From the NCBI GenBank assembly GCA_018649885.1, contig JABIHA010000095.1, positions 1 to 39,135 of the forward strand: a DNA stretch of 39,135 nucleotides. Direction: 5' to 3'. Source of the stretch: Bacteriovoracaceae bacterium (GTDB lineage: Bacteria; Bdellovibrionota; Bacteriovoracia; Bacteriovoracales; Bacteriovoracaceae). Position numbers and translations under genes: made by a program. Below the pieces are notes generated by a model that saw only the letters and a program-made list of their open reading frames with translations, searched no databases and was not told where the DNA came from. Positions 28,578-38,068 of the stretch are shown here, piece after piece (within the stretch, counting starts at the first letter, position 1; each line of letters opens with the position of its first letter).

Positions 28578-29102
28578 CTAAAACGATAAATTAATGAGAT
28601 TGATATAAATTGGCATGGAAACACGGCCGTTATCTAGAGTGAAATCTAAACTCTTGCCTATTTTTTTTGATGCTATGTGGGACCAATCGAAACTATTGTG
28701 CAGCTCGCCTCCACCATAGGTATCGACTTCTACAGCACCTGCTCCCTCGTATGGACTGCTTCCACCCTCATATTCCGGTCCGTCATAATAGGGATCTTCC
28801 TTGGGGTCATCTGCTTTAGAAAAGTCGTAGTGATGTGAAAGAATAACAAAAGAACCAAAGGCCAACCCTGCCCATAGACCTATACTTGCACCTTGAGCAA
28901 CAGCAATAGGCTTGGCACCAAAGGCCAATGAGGCCACTCCTAGGAGAGCACCACCAACAGTGCCATAGGCACACATAGTTAATAGAGCTGTGGCTTTTTG
29001 AGGAATTGCATGGGCCTTAGGAACAGAAATAACCTGTATAAAAATAATTGTGAGTACACACATACAGAAATTTTTTATTGATCTAAATCGGAACTTGTCC
29101 AC
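28578..29102 (-). CDS. Hypothetical exported or membrane protein with a Gly-rich transmembrane hairpin
   Basis: Signal peptide ending AHA; YGTVGGALLG and ASIGLWAGL helices; acidic linker; C-terminal Phe. Confidence 0.75.
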   Translation of the reverse strand: MDKFRFRSIKNFCMCVLTIIFIQVISVPKAHAIPQKATALLTMCAYGTVGGALLGVASLAFGAKPIAVAQGASIGLWAGLAFGSFVILSHHYDFSKADDPKEDPYYDGPEYEGGSSPYEGAGAVEVDTYGGGELHNSFDWSHIASKKIGKSLDFTLDNGRVSMPIYINLINLSF

Positions 29103-29553
29103 TCTTAAATCCCTCTACACTATTAGGGCCACCTTTGGGATCACACCCAGGAGGCTTTCCCGATACTAGCTTAAATCCCACTGACAAGTTGAGTATGGCC
29201 GACAAAAGCTTTCTCGTGCTTTTAATTCTAACTTGTTGAGAAGGAGAAATCCACCTAGAAGATTTAACTTCAACACAAAAGGCAACTAGATTGCTCGCTT
29301 TTTGCCCTGACAGATAGGCCAAATCAACTTGTCCGCAGTTATAGCTTCTCAAAACCAGGGGAGATATCAAGATAGGTGTGTACAAGCGATGAAAATATCC
29401 GGACCACTGGGCCTCGAGAGTCTTACCGAGCTGACTGGCCCGTGTGCTCTTTGACGCCTTTGAAGGTTCTCCTATGGATGGGAAGAACTCCGTATTCTTT
29501 GATGGCCTCTTTATGCATTTTTGTAGGGTATCCTGCGTGTTTTTCAAGTCCAT
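29083..29553 (-). CDS. YraN/UPF0102-like PD-(D/E)xK protein (start uncertain)
   Basis: LGKTLE, GQVDL and CVEVKS motifs; typical position after rnhB. Confidence 0.6.
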   Translation of the reverse strand: MDLKNTQDTLQKCIKRPSKNTEFFPSIGEPSKASKSTRASQLGKTLEAQWSGYFHRLYTPILISPLVLRSYNCGQVDLAYLSGQKASNLVAFCVEVKSSRWISPSQQVRIKSTRKLLSAILNLSVGFKLVSGKPPGCDPKGGPNSVEGFKSGQVPI

Positions 29554-30169
29554 ATCCAGGGTAAGTCACGGCGTAATCCGTCATCAACTTATCTCTGTAC
29601 TCTTTGGCCACTATGGAAGCAAGGGCCACTAGGGCAGATTTGCTATCTCCTTTCACTAGTGGATTAACATCAAAACTTGTGGGTCCTTCAAAGTCTGGAG
29701 CGTGGTTGCCATCTACTATCAAGCTTCCAAGTCCATGGGCATTTGTAAATTTGTATATAGATAAAAAAGATTCTCTCATGGCATATAATGAGGCCCTTAA
29801 AATATTTATGCGATCAATTTGCTCCGCATCCACTTCATAAATTGAAGTATACAGTGCTACATTGCGCGTTTTCATAACCTCGGTGACCTTCCCTACTATG
29901 GTTTGATCAATGCCTAGGTCTTTTAAAATCATTTCTCTTTTTTTTGAACTCAGCTTTTTCGAATCGGTCACTCCAAGCATTAAAAGAGTGCTGAGAATTT
30001 CTTCCAGCTCAATTTTATCAGCACCTGGTTGATAGTGAATAAAGGCACATGCTGCCACCACAGGACCAGCCAGAGGGCCTCTTCCTACTTCATCAACACC
30101 TGCAATAAAATGTGGGTGAATTCTAAACTGGGAATACTGGGATAACTCTAGGTCAAAAAAAGATTCCAT
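29423..30169 (-). CDS. rnhB: Ribonuclease HII
   Basis: AGVDEVGRGPLAGPVVA, DSKKL, IDRINI, VDGN, KGD, ASIVAK..RD, GYPT and HRRTF. Confidence 0.96.
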   Translation of the reverse strand: MESFFDLELSQYSQFRIHPHFIAGVDEVGRGPLAGPVVAACAFIHYQPGADKIELEEILSTLLMLGVTDSKKLSSKKREMILKDLGIDQTIVGKVTEVMKTRNVALYTSIYEVDAEQIDRINILRASLYAMRESFLSIYKFTNAHGLGSLIVDGNHAPDFEGPTSFDVNPLVKGDSKSALVALASIVAKEYRDKLMTDYAVTYPGYGLEKHAGYPTKMHKEAIKEYGVLPIHRRTFKGVKEHTGQSAR

Positions 30170-30260
30170 TTCTACCTCAACTCATAGAAAAAGCTAAACA
30201 CTCGCGTGAGTACAAGAGGCATTAATCACCAAACTTTGCCATTATTCAAGGCCTGTGGCG

Positions 30261-30291
30261 AAAAAAAGGCCCTCAATTTCTGAGGGCCTTT
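30261..30291 (-). terminator. Intrinsic terminator after rplS
   Basis: AAAGGCCCTCA / TGAGGGCCTTT stem with a 7-nt U-run on the minus strand. Confidence 0.9.
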
Positions 30292-30315
30292 CCAATCTAT
30301 AAATTTTAGTTTTTG

Positions 30316-30678
30316 TTATTTTCTGTCGTAATCAACTGCGATACGTGCTGCTTTACCTGAACGTTCTCTTAGGTAGTAATGCTTGGCCCTTCTAGTTTTA
30401 CCTTTAGAAATGACTTCAATCTTTTTTACATTTGGACTGTGGAATGGAAAAACTCTTTCAACTCCCATGCCACCTGAAATCTTTCTCACTCTAAAGTGAC
30501 CGTCTGGGCTTTTAAATTTTTTGATTGCTATACAAGTTCCTTGAAAAACTTGAATCCTGCTCTTAGCACCTTCTGTAATACGAACGTGAACAGAAACAGT
30601 ATCGCCTGATCTAAAGCTTGGTAATTTTTCAATGTCATGATTAAAATGATTCTTATCGACTAGGTCCACTAGGTTCAT
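30316..30678 (-). CDS. rplS: 50S ribosomal protein L19
   Basis: [38 protein letters not shown] and [18 protein letters not shown]. Confidence 0.97.
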   Translation of the reverse strand: MNLVDLVDKNHFNHDIEKLPSFRSGDTVSVHVRITEGAKSRIQVFQGTCIAIKKFKSPDGHFRVRKISGGMGVERVFPFHSPNVKKIEVISKGKTRRAKHYYLRERSGKAARIAVDYDRK

Positions 30679-30834
30679 GGAAAACTCTCCCAAAAAAAAG
30701 TATTGGAACCAGAGGCCTTGTCCTTATAGATGAAGAAAAATTTAAGTAAATCTTTCCAAGGCATTTATTCCGTAGCCTGCTTATCTATCTAGAAAAAGGT
30801 ATGAAGTCAAGCTGTTGCGCAAGATGTTAAGTAA

Positions 30835-31407
30835 TTAAAGAGATTGATTGAGACGATCTAAATAGATTGCCACTGCCGATCTAACAGAAAGATGGTTGTA
30901 GTCATTGTCTGTACTGCCGTTAATGGGATCCAAGTAGTAGCAGGCTTTTTCAAGCACTTCAGGGGCAATTCCATGACCGGTTCCAAATAATAAAAGTAAG
31001 GGTCTACTCTTTTGCCTGGCCCAATGGACGAAATGAGTCATATCTCCGCTGTGCTTTTCAAAATTAGCACCAGTCACCACTAACTCACACTGCTCACCCT
31101 CACGTTCTTCAATGGACTTTAAAACACTCTCCAAATCGAAGCAAAGCTCTACTGTTTTAAAGGCATCACTTCGATCGGGGTTATAATCTAATGACTGATC
31201 AGTATTCCAGTGGTCCATAATTTTTTGAACCAATTGATGTTGAGACACAATGGGAGTCACAATATAATAGCCTTTAACTCCAAAGGTTTTGCAGCTTCTA
31301 GCTATGTCGTGGATATCAAGGTTGGTTACTGAGGTAGTGATTAACTCGGAGCGTTTTCCAAGCACTGGGTAATGAAGAAGTCCTAAATAAACTGATGGAA
31401 AGCTCAT
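30835..31407 (-). CDS. SPOUT-family RNA methyltransferase (DUF2168 type, TrmD-associated)
   Basis: LLHYPV, TNLDIHDIARSC.TFG, LLFGTGHG and YNHLSVRSAVAIYLDRL. Confidence 0.9.
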   Translation of the reverse strand: MSFPSVYLGLLHYPVLGKRSELITTSVTNLDIHDIARSCKTFGVKGYYIVTPIVSQHQLVQKIMDHWNTDQSLDYNPDRSDAFKTVELCFDLESVLKSIEEREGEQCELVVTGANFEKHSGDMTHFVHWARQKSRPLLLLFGTGHGIAPEVLEKACYYLDPINGSTDNDYNHLSVRSAVAIYLDRLNQSL

Positions 31408-32150
31408 AAGGATTCAGGTCCCAGAAGATCGGGCCTATGCTCTTTGGTCAGGCGCTTCATTTCTTCCAATTTATATTCTTCAATTTTTTTGTGATGCCCT
31501 TCAAGTAGAACTGGCGGTACAGGCAAATCCTCAAAAACTCGAGGCCTTGTATAGAGAGGGTGTTCAAGGAGTTTTCCTTCAAAACTTTCATTTTGAGAGG
31601 AAAGATTATTTCCCAAAACCTCTGGAAGATATCTCATAGCAGAGTCAATAATCCCCATCACTGCAAGCTCTCCCCCACTGAGGATGTAATCCCCCATGGA
31701 AATTTGCTGGTCTACAAAGCGGGCGATGAATCTTTCATCAATACCTTCATAGCGGCCACAAATAAAAACCACATCTTTTTTTGATTCACGGGAAAAATAT
31801 TCTTGTGAAAAATTGTGGGCAATTTCACTATTCCAAGACTTCCCTCTTGGAGATGGGTAAACTACGTGCAGATAATCACGGTAATTTGATGGATAGCCGC
31901 CTTTTTCCACCACTCCTTGGATCAGGGCATTTTTTAAAATATCGGCCCTCATGACCATCCCTTCTCCTCCACCATAGGGAGAAGCATCGACACCTTTATA
32001 GTTTGTGTCACTATACTCTCTCAAAGAAACAATATTTAAAGTTGGGGCCTGTGCCTTTTCGCCTCGCAGTGCCCTTCCTACAACCCCCGCCGACAAAAGC
32101 GGCTCAAAGTATTCAGGGAAAATGGTGATTATCCATATTTTTTTTTGCAC
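31404..32150 (-). CDS. trmD: tRNA (guanine37-N1)-methyltransferase
   Basis: TIFPE, VD.SPYGGG.GMV, SPRG, CGRYEGIDER, SMGDYILSGGE and YTRP. Confidence 0.96.
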   Translation of the reverse strand: MQKKIWIITIFPEYFEPLLSAGVVGRALRGEKAQAPTLNIVSLREYSDTNYKGVDASPYGGGEGMVMRADILKNALIQGVVEKGGYPSNYRDYLHVVYPSPRGKSWNSEIAHNFSQEYFSRESKKDVVFICGRYEGIDERFIARFVDQQISMGDYILSGGELAVMGIIDSAMRYLPEVLGNNLSSQNESFEGKLLEHPLYTRPRVFEDLPVPPVLLEGHHKKIEEYKLEEMKRLTKEHRPDLLGPESL

Positions 32151-32662
32151 TAACAGTACTCCGGAAGCCTAATGAAGACCTTTTTATTTTTGACATCAAT
32201 TTCTGGAATAAAATAATCGGTATAGGGAAGTAAGAGCTCTTTTCCATCAATTTTCATATTAAAGATGGTTTGCATCCCGTTGTCTGAAAAGTTTTCTATC
32301 ACTCCAATTTCTTGGTGAGATTCAAAATCGTAGACCTTGGCATTAATCAAATCCACAAGATAAAATTCATCACTTGATAGATCTTCAAAATGTTCCCTGG
32401 GAATAAAAAGATCAAAAGGAAGAAGCTTTTCTAACTCTGTTCGATCGTTCATTCCCTCTAAATAGACAATTAGCTTATTGCCATATTGGGCCCTATCCAC
32501 GGTCCATTTGACAAAGTTTTGATCGTCCACCCCTCTCGAAAAGACAACGCTGCCCTTCTGGAGAGTCTTTGACTCTTTGTTGTGAAGGACCACACTAAGC
32601 CCTCCCTTTATGCCATGGGGACGATTTACCCTTGCAAGCTCAATGTAATCAGTTTCGCTCAT
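32150..32662 (-). CDS. rimM: 16S rRNA processing protein RimM
   Basis: PHGIKG, DR, EFYLVDLI and LLP motifs; position between khpA and trmD. Confidence 0.9.
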   Translation of the reverse strand: MSETDYIELARVNRPHGIKGGLSVVLHNKESKTLQKGSVVFSRGVDDQNFVKWTVDRAQYGNKLIVYLEGMNDRTELEKLLPFDLFIPREHFEDLSSDEFYLVDLINAKVYDFESHQEIGVIENFSDNGMQTIFNMKIDGKELLLPYTDYFIPEIDVKNKKVFIRLPEYC

Positions 32663-32673
32663 AACCACCCTTA

Positions 32674-32806
32674 TATACTCATTCCAGTTTGAATTTCAAG
32701 TGAGTGGATGACGAAGAAGGCGTGTAACATCCAGTGTGGAGCACCCAGTGTGGAGCACACTCCGATGAGGAATACGCCACTTGAAATTCAAACTGGGATT
32801 AGTATA
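32674..32806. mobile_element. ERIC-like miniature inverted-repeat element (133 bp)
   Basis: 29-bp terminal inverted repeats TATACTCATTCCAGTTTGAATTTCAAGTG / CACTTGAAATTCAAACTGGGATTAGTATA (2 mismatches), TA ends, and an internal 14-bp tandem duplication. Confidence 0.7.
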
Positions 32807-32807
32807 C

Positions 32808-32832
32808 AAAAAAAGGAGACCTATGGTCTCCT
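32808..32832 (-). terminator. Intrinsic terminator after khpA
   Basis: AGGAGACC-AT-A-GGTCTCCT stem-loop followed by a U-run on the minus strand. Confidence 0.8.
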
Positions 32833-32863
32833 GTATTGAAAAAATAATAGACTTTAAAGTCGT

Positions 32864-33103
32864 TTATTCAATAATTTCTAAAACAGATCTCTGACGCAAT
32901 TTGGTAGAGGCAGCGTTGAGTATTGTTCGGAGTGCCTTGGCCGTCCGACCTTGCTTGCCAATGATTTTACCCAGGTCACTTTTATCTACCTTGAGCTCAA
33001 TAACAGTGGTCTGCTCGCCTTTGATCTCGCTTACTTCTACCTCATCCGGTAGGTCCACAAGGTACTTGCTTATATTCTCGATCAGGTCTTTTAAATCGGT
33101 CAT
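32864..33103 (-). CDS. khpA: KH-domain RNA-binding protein
   Basis: [28 protein letters not shown] and LEI; follows rpsP. Confidence 0.93.
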   Translation of the reverse strand: MTDLKDLIENISKYLVDLPDEVEVSEIKGEQTTVIELKVDKSDLGKIIGKQGRTAKALRTILNAASTKLRQRSVLEIIE

Positions 33104-33154
33104 AACTGCCCTCACTCACTAATAATTAGTATTCAAGACAAATCAACTAAGACT

Positions 33155-33397
33155 CTAAAGCTCGACTTTGCTTCTTTTAAGAAGAGTTCGAACGGTATCA
33201 CTCATTTGAGCGCCCTTCTCTACCCACTTCTTAATAGCTTCTGACTTAACATCAGAGAGTAGTTCTTCTCTAGCTGGGTTGTATTGTCCTAGTTTTTCAA
33301 GGAATCTGCCATCACGAGCTTTTCTCGAATCAGCAGCAACAATAGTATAAATTGGCATCTTTTTTCTTCCACCACGTGCAAGACGAATTTTGATCAT
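33155..33397 (-). CDS. rpsP: 30S ribosomal protein S16
   Basis: [31 protein letters not shown] and [15 protein letters not shown]. Confidence 0.97.
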   Translation of the reverse strand: MIKIRLARGGRKKMPIYTIVAADSRKARDGRFLEKLGQYNPAREELLSDVKSEAIKKWVEKGAQMSDTVRTLLKRSKVEL

Positions 33398-33552
33398 CGT
33401 AACAACTCCTAACAATTTGAATAACTTGCTTCGATCAATTTCAGCAAAATAAAGTAGCATTTTTATGCGATATTTGGTGTTAAGTCAACAACTGTGATGC
33501 AACAAGAAAACTTGGGCCGTGCGCCATGTTGTGGAAAAGAGGGAAGTTTTAT

Positions 33553-35004
33553 CTACCACGGTCCCTTTCTCTTTCCTTTCTTTCGCTTTTTGCCACCAAA
33601 AGCAGGGGCCTGTCTAAAGCCTTTTTTGGCTGGCATCTGTCCTGGGAGGTTTCCTCCACCGCCCATAAGACCTTCCATACCGCCTGGCATTCCTCCCTTC
33701 ATCATCCCCATCATGCCACTCATCATGGAACGCATTTGCTCAAACTTTTTGAGAAAATCAGTGACATCCTTGATTTGTGCACCTGCTCCCATGGCCACTC
33801 GTTTTTTGCGAGAATCATTAAAAACAGTGTGATCTTTTTTTTCTTGCTTGGTCATGGAGGAAATAAGGGTTCTCATTTTTTTCATTTCAGTTTCGGCAAC
33901 GGATAGATCGCCCATTTGGCGCATCATCCCTCCCATACCTGGTATCATTTTGAGCAGATCCCCCATGGAGCCAAGCTTGTTCATGGTGTCCATCTGCTTA
34001 ATAAAATCATCAATAGAAAATTGATTTTTTTCAATTTTCTTCATGACCTTTTCAGCCTCTTTTTCATCGATATGCTCTTGGGCCTTTTCTACTAAACTGA
34101 CCACATCTCCCATGTCGAGAATTCTTCCGGCCAGGCGGTCTGGATAAAAGATCTCAAGATCTTTCATTCCCTCACCTACAGATAAAAACCTAATGGGAAC
34201 ACCAGTAGAGTAACGAATCGAGAGTGCGGCTCCACCTTTGGCATCAGAGTCCATTTTTGACAGCACTGTTCCAGTAAGACCCATGGTCTCATGGAAAGTC
34301 TTCGCCACATTTACAGCTTCCTGCCCAGTCATGGCATCCGCCACCAGAAGTACCTCAGGGTTTAAACTGGCCACTTCTTCTTTCACTTCCCTGAGTTGGC
34401 CCATGAGCTCGTCATCAACATGAAGACGACCGGCCGTATCGATGATGACCACGTCTTTACCCAAGCGTTTGGCCTCTTCAATGCCCATTTTGGCAATATC
34501 TTTTGGATGTAAAGCAAGATCAGAGTCAAAATAATCAACTCCAATATTTTTTGCCAGTGTTATTAACTGGTCCTTTGCAGCTGGTCTAAAATTATCAGCG
34601 GGAACAAGGAGAGCTTCTTTTTTATCTTTATTCCGAAGCCATAAAGCCAGTTTTCCAGAAAAAGTGGTCTTTCCTGCACCATTGAGACCACAAACAAGAA
34701 TCACAAGTGGGGACTTACCAAAATCGAAATTAACATCTGACTCACCCATCATAGTTGTCAGCTCAGAATGCATGATTTTGATGAATTGCTCACCGGGGTC
34801 GACGCCTCTGATGACCTTTTCACCCAAGGCCTTTTCTTTAACTTTAGCTACAAACTCTTTGGCCACTTTGAAATTAACGTCAGCTTCTAAAAGGGCCGTT
34901 CTAACCTCTTTGAGGGTTTGCTCAATATTTTCTTCACTGATTTTGGCCTTGCCACGAACATGCTTAAATGCTGAATCAAATTTCTCGCTCAATAAATCGA
35001 ACAT
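33553..35004 (-). CDS. ffh: Signal recognition particle protein Ffh
   Basis: ALLEADV, GLNGAGKTT, DTAGRL, DAMTGQ, D.DAKGG and RILDMGD; Met-rich M domain. Confidence 0.97.
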   Translation of the reverse strand: MFDLLSEKFDSAFKHVRGKAKISEENIEQTLKEVRTALLEADVNFKVAKEFVAKVKEKALGEKVIRGVDPGEQFIKIMHSELTTMMGESDVNFDFGKSPLVILVCGLNGAGKTTFSGKLALWLRNKDKKEALLVPADNFRPAAKDQLITLAKNIGVDYFDSDLALHPKDIAKMGIEEAKRLGKDVVIIDTAGRLHVDDELMGQLREVKEEVASLNPEVLLVADAMTGQEAVNVAKTFHETMGLTGTVLSKMDSDAKGGAALSIRYSTGVPIRFLSVGEGMKDLEIFYPDRLAGRILDMGDVVSLVEKAQEHIDEKEAEKVMKKIEKNQFSIDDFIKQMDTMNKLGSMGDLLKMIPGMGGMMRQMGDLSVAETEMKKMRTLISSMTKQEKKDHTVFNDSRKKRVAMGAGAQIKDVTDFLKKFEQMRSMMSGMMGMMKGGMPGGMEGLMGGGGNLPGQMPAKKGFRQAPAFGGKKRKKGKRKGPW

Positions 35005-35130
35005 CTCTTTGGACCTTTTTATGTGCTAATAGTTTAGAAATTAGTTGTGCCTTCATCCCCACAATAATGCAATACGCATATCTCCAATTGACTATTTGCG
35101 GTGTTTTTGCGGATATGTTAACAACAGCCC

Positions 35131-36207
35131 ATGCAGATTTACTCAGACAAATTGCACCATAAGCTCCAAATTTTGGCCTCACGCAAAAAGGCCACGCAAC
35201 TTGGTGGGGTCAATTTTAGCTCGGCTCTTTTACTCGCCCCCATGGCCAGTATTTGTAACTCTCCCTTTCGCTTATTAATGCAAGAGCTGGGCTCAGGCGG
35301 CAGCGTTTCTGAGCTAATCTCCTGTCATGGAATTAATTACGCCAACGACAAGACCCTTAATATGCTCTACATCGATCCCCGTGAAGAAAATGTGGGGATC
35401 CAACTTTTTGGAGAAGACGCAGATGCACTTTCGGCTTCCATTGAGAAAGTTTTGGAATATGGGCCCTCATTCATCGACATCAATATGGGATGTCCGGTGA
35501 AAAAAGTGGTGACTAAAGGTGGAGGCTCGGCACTTTTAAAAGACACCAAAAAGTTGTCTACTTTTTTAAAAGTTATTAAAAAAAACACCCCTATTCCTCT
35601 AACTATAAAAATTAGAACTGGATGGGACGATGAGAGCACCAACGCAGATGAAGTGATCAAAGTCGCCACTGACTCAGGAGTTGAATTTGTGGCCATTCAC
35701 GGTAGGACTCGCGCCCAAGGTTATTCGGGAGTTGCCGACTGGGATTATCTCGAAAAACTATCATCTGTTGCTGAGTTGCCTATCATTGGAAATGGCGACT
35801 TACACACTCCTGGAAAAGTAAGAGCAAGAATGGAAGTGAGCTCTACTGACGCTTTGATGATTGCCCGAGGTTGCCTTAGAAATCCTTTTATATTTTTAGA
35901 GTCCTTAGCTGAGGCAGAAGACGAGCTTCACTTTGGAGCATGTGATTACCTAGAAGTTTTGGATCGATTCTATCAACTAGTTTGCGAAAGATTTGAAAGT
36001 GAGAAAGTCAGACTAATCCAAATGAGAAAGATGATCGTTTGGTTTTCGGCTGGATTCAAAGGAGCTGGTCGATTTAGAGAAGGCGTATTTAAAGGAGCTG
36101 GGCTTTCTGAAATAATGGATTTGAGTCATCAATTTTTTATGATGAATGAAACTTTTGAAAAAAATATCGATTACTCCAAGTCTTTTATGAGCTCAGGACA
36201 CGGATAG
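35131..36207 (+). CDS. dusB: tRNA-dihydrouridine synthase (DusB-like)
   Basis: LAPMA, QLFG, DINMGCP, GSALL, KIRTGWD, HGRTRAQGYSG and GNGD. Confidence 0.9.
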   Translation: MQIYSDKLHHKLQILASRKKATQLGGVNFSSALLLAPMASICNSPFRLLMQELGSGGSVSELISCHGINYANDKTLNMLYIDPREENVGIQLFGEDADALSASIEKVLEYGPSFIDINMGCPVKKVVTKGGGSALLKDTKKLSTFLKVIKKNTPIPLTIKIRTGWDDESTNADEVIKVATDSGVEFVAIHGRTRAQGYSGVADWDYLEKLSSVAELPIIGNGDLHTPGKVRARMEVSSTDALMIARGCLRNPFIFLESLAEAEDELHFGACDYLEVLDRFYQLVCERFESEKVRLIQMRKMIVWFSAGFKGAGRFREGVFKGAGLSEIMDLSHQFFMMNETFEKNIDYSKSFMSSGHG

Positions 36208-36366
36208 CCTCATATTATTGGCATAAAACCAGTGCATTTTGCTCATGTTCATCCCCCTAACCTATGATAATTAATAACATCTCAATATTTTCCATCCGTT
36301 TTGGTCAAATTAAGAAATATTATAAAGGAGCCGAAAATATATTGAGCTTCTCACAGTGCGCGTGGG

Positions 36367-37989
36367 ATGGGGTTTTTTAAGATGGTAAGTACCAAAATTA
36401 AATTTATTCTTTTTCTAACCGCTGTCACTTTTGCAGTGAACTGCCTTGCTGAGGACGATGAGTTAGAACTACAGAAATTATCACCCGGACAATGTAGCAA
36501 CATGGTCGACAGCCTAAAAGAAGTTGAAAGAAAACTCACTGAGCTGTCCATTAAAGATGGGTCGCAAGAATTTACCTACGCTGAGCTATCCACAAATTAT
36601 CAATCAAGCTTTGTTGAAGAAGAGTTAGCGCGAGACTTTTACTTAAAAGTGAAAAGAGAAGCGCATCCTTCTATGCAAATTTCTTTTGATGAAGTGGCCG
36701 AAGGAAAAAAGAAATGGGTCTACAAGCAAAAACTTTTAGATTTAATCTCAAAACCACTTTTCAGTTATCGAGAAGATGATGGAGCAGGAGTGGGTGATGA
36801 AAAAATTTCACTGCTAGACTTAGCAAAAGAGTTGAAGCCCGCAGACCAGATAACAGGGACAATAACTGACTACCTAAAGCTTCTTGAAATCAAAAAGGGT
36901 GGTAGAAATTTCACTTCAACAGACATTGACTCACCTCTTAGAAGGGCCTTGTCCTCGGAGTCAAATATAGCTGTATTTTCAAATTACTTTGATGATCCAG
37001 AAGTTCTTCAAGACCTAATCGATACAAACTTTGGGGAAGATGCCACCTCCACCGTTGCAGGAGCTCCTGGAATGACTTGGCTCAATCAGTTCAATAAATT
37101 GTGGCATGAGCAGGCCAGAAGCTCAGAAACTTTTGTTTTCGATGATGATGAAGTCGGTGAGCCAGTGTTTGGAGCAAAATACAAACTTGCTCATTCAGTT
37201 GAAAGAAGGGAGGATTACAAAAAATTAGCTCTCGATATTTTAGGATCTAGACCTGCCAAAGAGATGCATGAAATGATTGAGTTGATGGTTCACTATGGCA
37301 AGGATGATTGTAGCTCTACCTACTCCTCCATTTTTTCCAAAAGCAGAAAATATAAGTCCATGTGTAGCTACTTTGAAGGGGCACCCTGGAGAGACAACAA
37401 AGAAGAGCTTGGTGGTCTTACAGAGACTATGAAAGGCATTGTCGATGAATGGTATAAGCCAGGTTACCAGAAGCTGGCCTATAAGTATTGCCATGACGGC
37501 GCGGACACCCCTGAACCTCTAGAAGACGTTTGTGAAGTCTATGGCTCCCTGATTGAAAAAAGAAAAAAACTTGGAAGCGTAATTGATGAAGGTAGCAAAG
37601 ATGCCAGAAGGGCCAGTCGTGAAAGCAGCCGAGAAAGTGCTGAAGAGTCAGCAGGAGGGGTATCTTCTACTGTGGCCTACACCGTATTAAATGAAGTTGG
37701 AAAAGAACTCCCAAAAATCATTTACACTGGAACTAGCGCTTATAGTCTAAATCAACAAGCTGATTGGACAGTAACTGGCTATGAAAACATGAGCAATTGT
37801 CTGCTAAACTACCCCAGAACTTGGTGTTACGGCTATCCCTCTATGCCTTTTGCCAACAACTTTGGCTTTCCCATTCAACAGGCCTATCCACAAACATACT
37901 GGAATGAAGGCGGACTTGGGTTTCTCCAAGAAAGAAATCGCTGGAATCCAACAATGTATAGCACTATGACCAGCGGATTTGACGTCTAA
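36367..37989 (+). CDS. Hypothetical secreted protein
   Basis: 540-aa ORF; N-terminal signal peptide; acidic helical body with paired cysteines; aromatic/Pro/Gly-rich C-terminal tail. Confidence 0.7.
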   Translation: MGFFKMVSTKIKFILFLTAVTFAVNCLAEDDELELQKLSPGQCSNMVDSLKEVERKLTELSIKDGSQEFTYAELSTNYQSSFVEEELARDFYLKVKREAHPSMQISFDEVAEGKKKWVYKQKLLDLISKPLFSYREDDGAGVGDEKISLLDLAKELKPADQITGTITDYLKLLEIKKGGRNFTSTDIDSPLRRALSSESNIAVFSNYFDDPEVLQDLIDTNFGEDATSTVAGAPGMTWLNQFNKLWHEQARSSETFVFDDDEVGEPVFGAKYKLAHSVERREDYKKLALDILGSRPAKEMHEMIELMVHYGKDDCSSTYSSIFSKSRKYKSMCSYFEGAPWRDNKEELGGLTETMKGIVDEWYKPGYQKLAYKYCHDGADTPEPLEDVCEVYGSLIEKRKKLGSVIDEGSKDARRASRESSRESAEESAGGVSSTVAYTVLNEVGKELPKIIYTGTSAYSLNQQADWTVTGYENMSNCLLNYPRTWCYGYPSMPFANNFGFPIQQAYPQTYWNEGGLGFLQERNRWNPTMYSTMTSGFDV

Positions 37990-38068
37990 ATTCCTAGTAA
38001 ACTCACAGCCAAATTTCTTTTGGCCCCTTAAATCCCATTTAGTCGCCGACTGATGAGCTTCTAATGTA

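Noticed and set aside
33580..33730. Low-complexity CAT/CC-rich repeats
   Set aside because: They encode the ordinary Met/Gly-rich C-terminal tail of Ffh.
33494..35278. Several ORFs antisense to ffh and dusB, and similar shadow ORFs inside the PLD, ALDH, fusA and trmD genes
   Set aside because: They overlap well-supported genes and are expected by-products of codon bias.
36218..36236. TTGGCA...TGCA as a second sigma54 promoter
   Set aside because: GG-to-GC spacing is 12 nt, not the required 10.
38050..38057. CTGATGAG hammerhead ribozyme core
   Set aside because: No stem II closed by GAAA and no stem I/III arrangement could be built around it.
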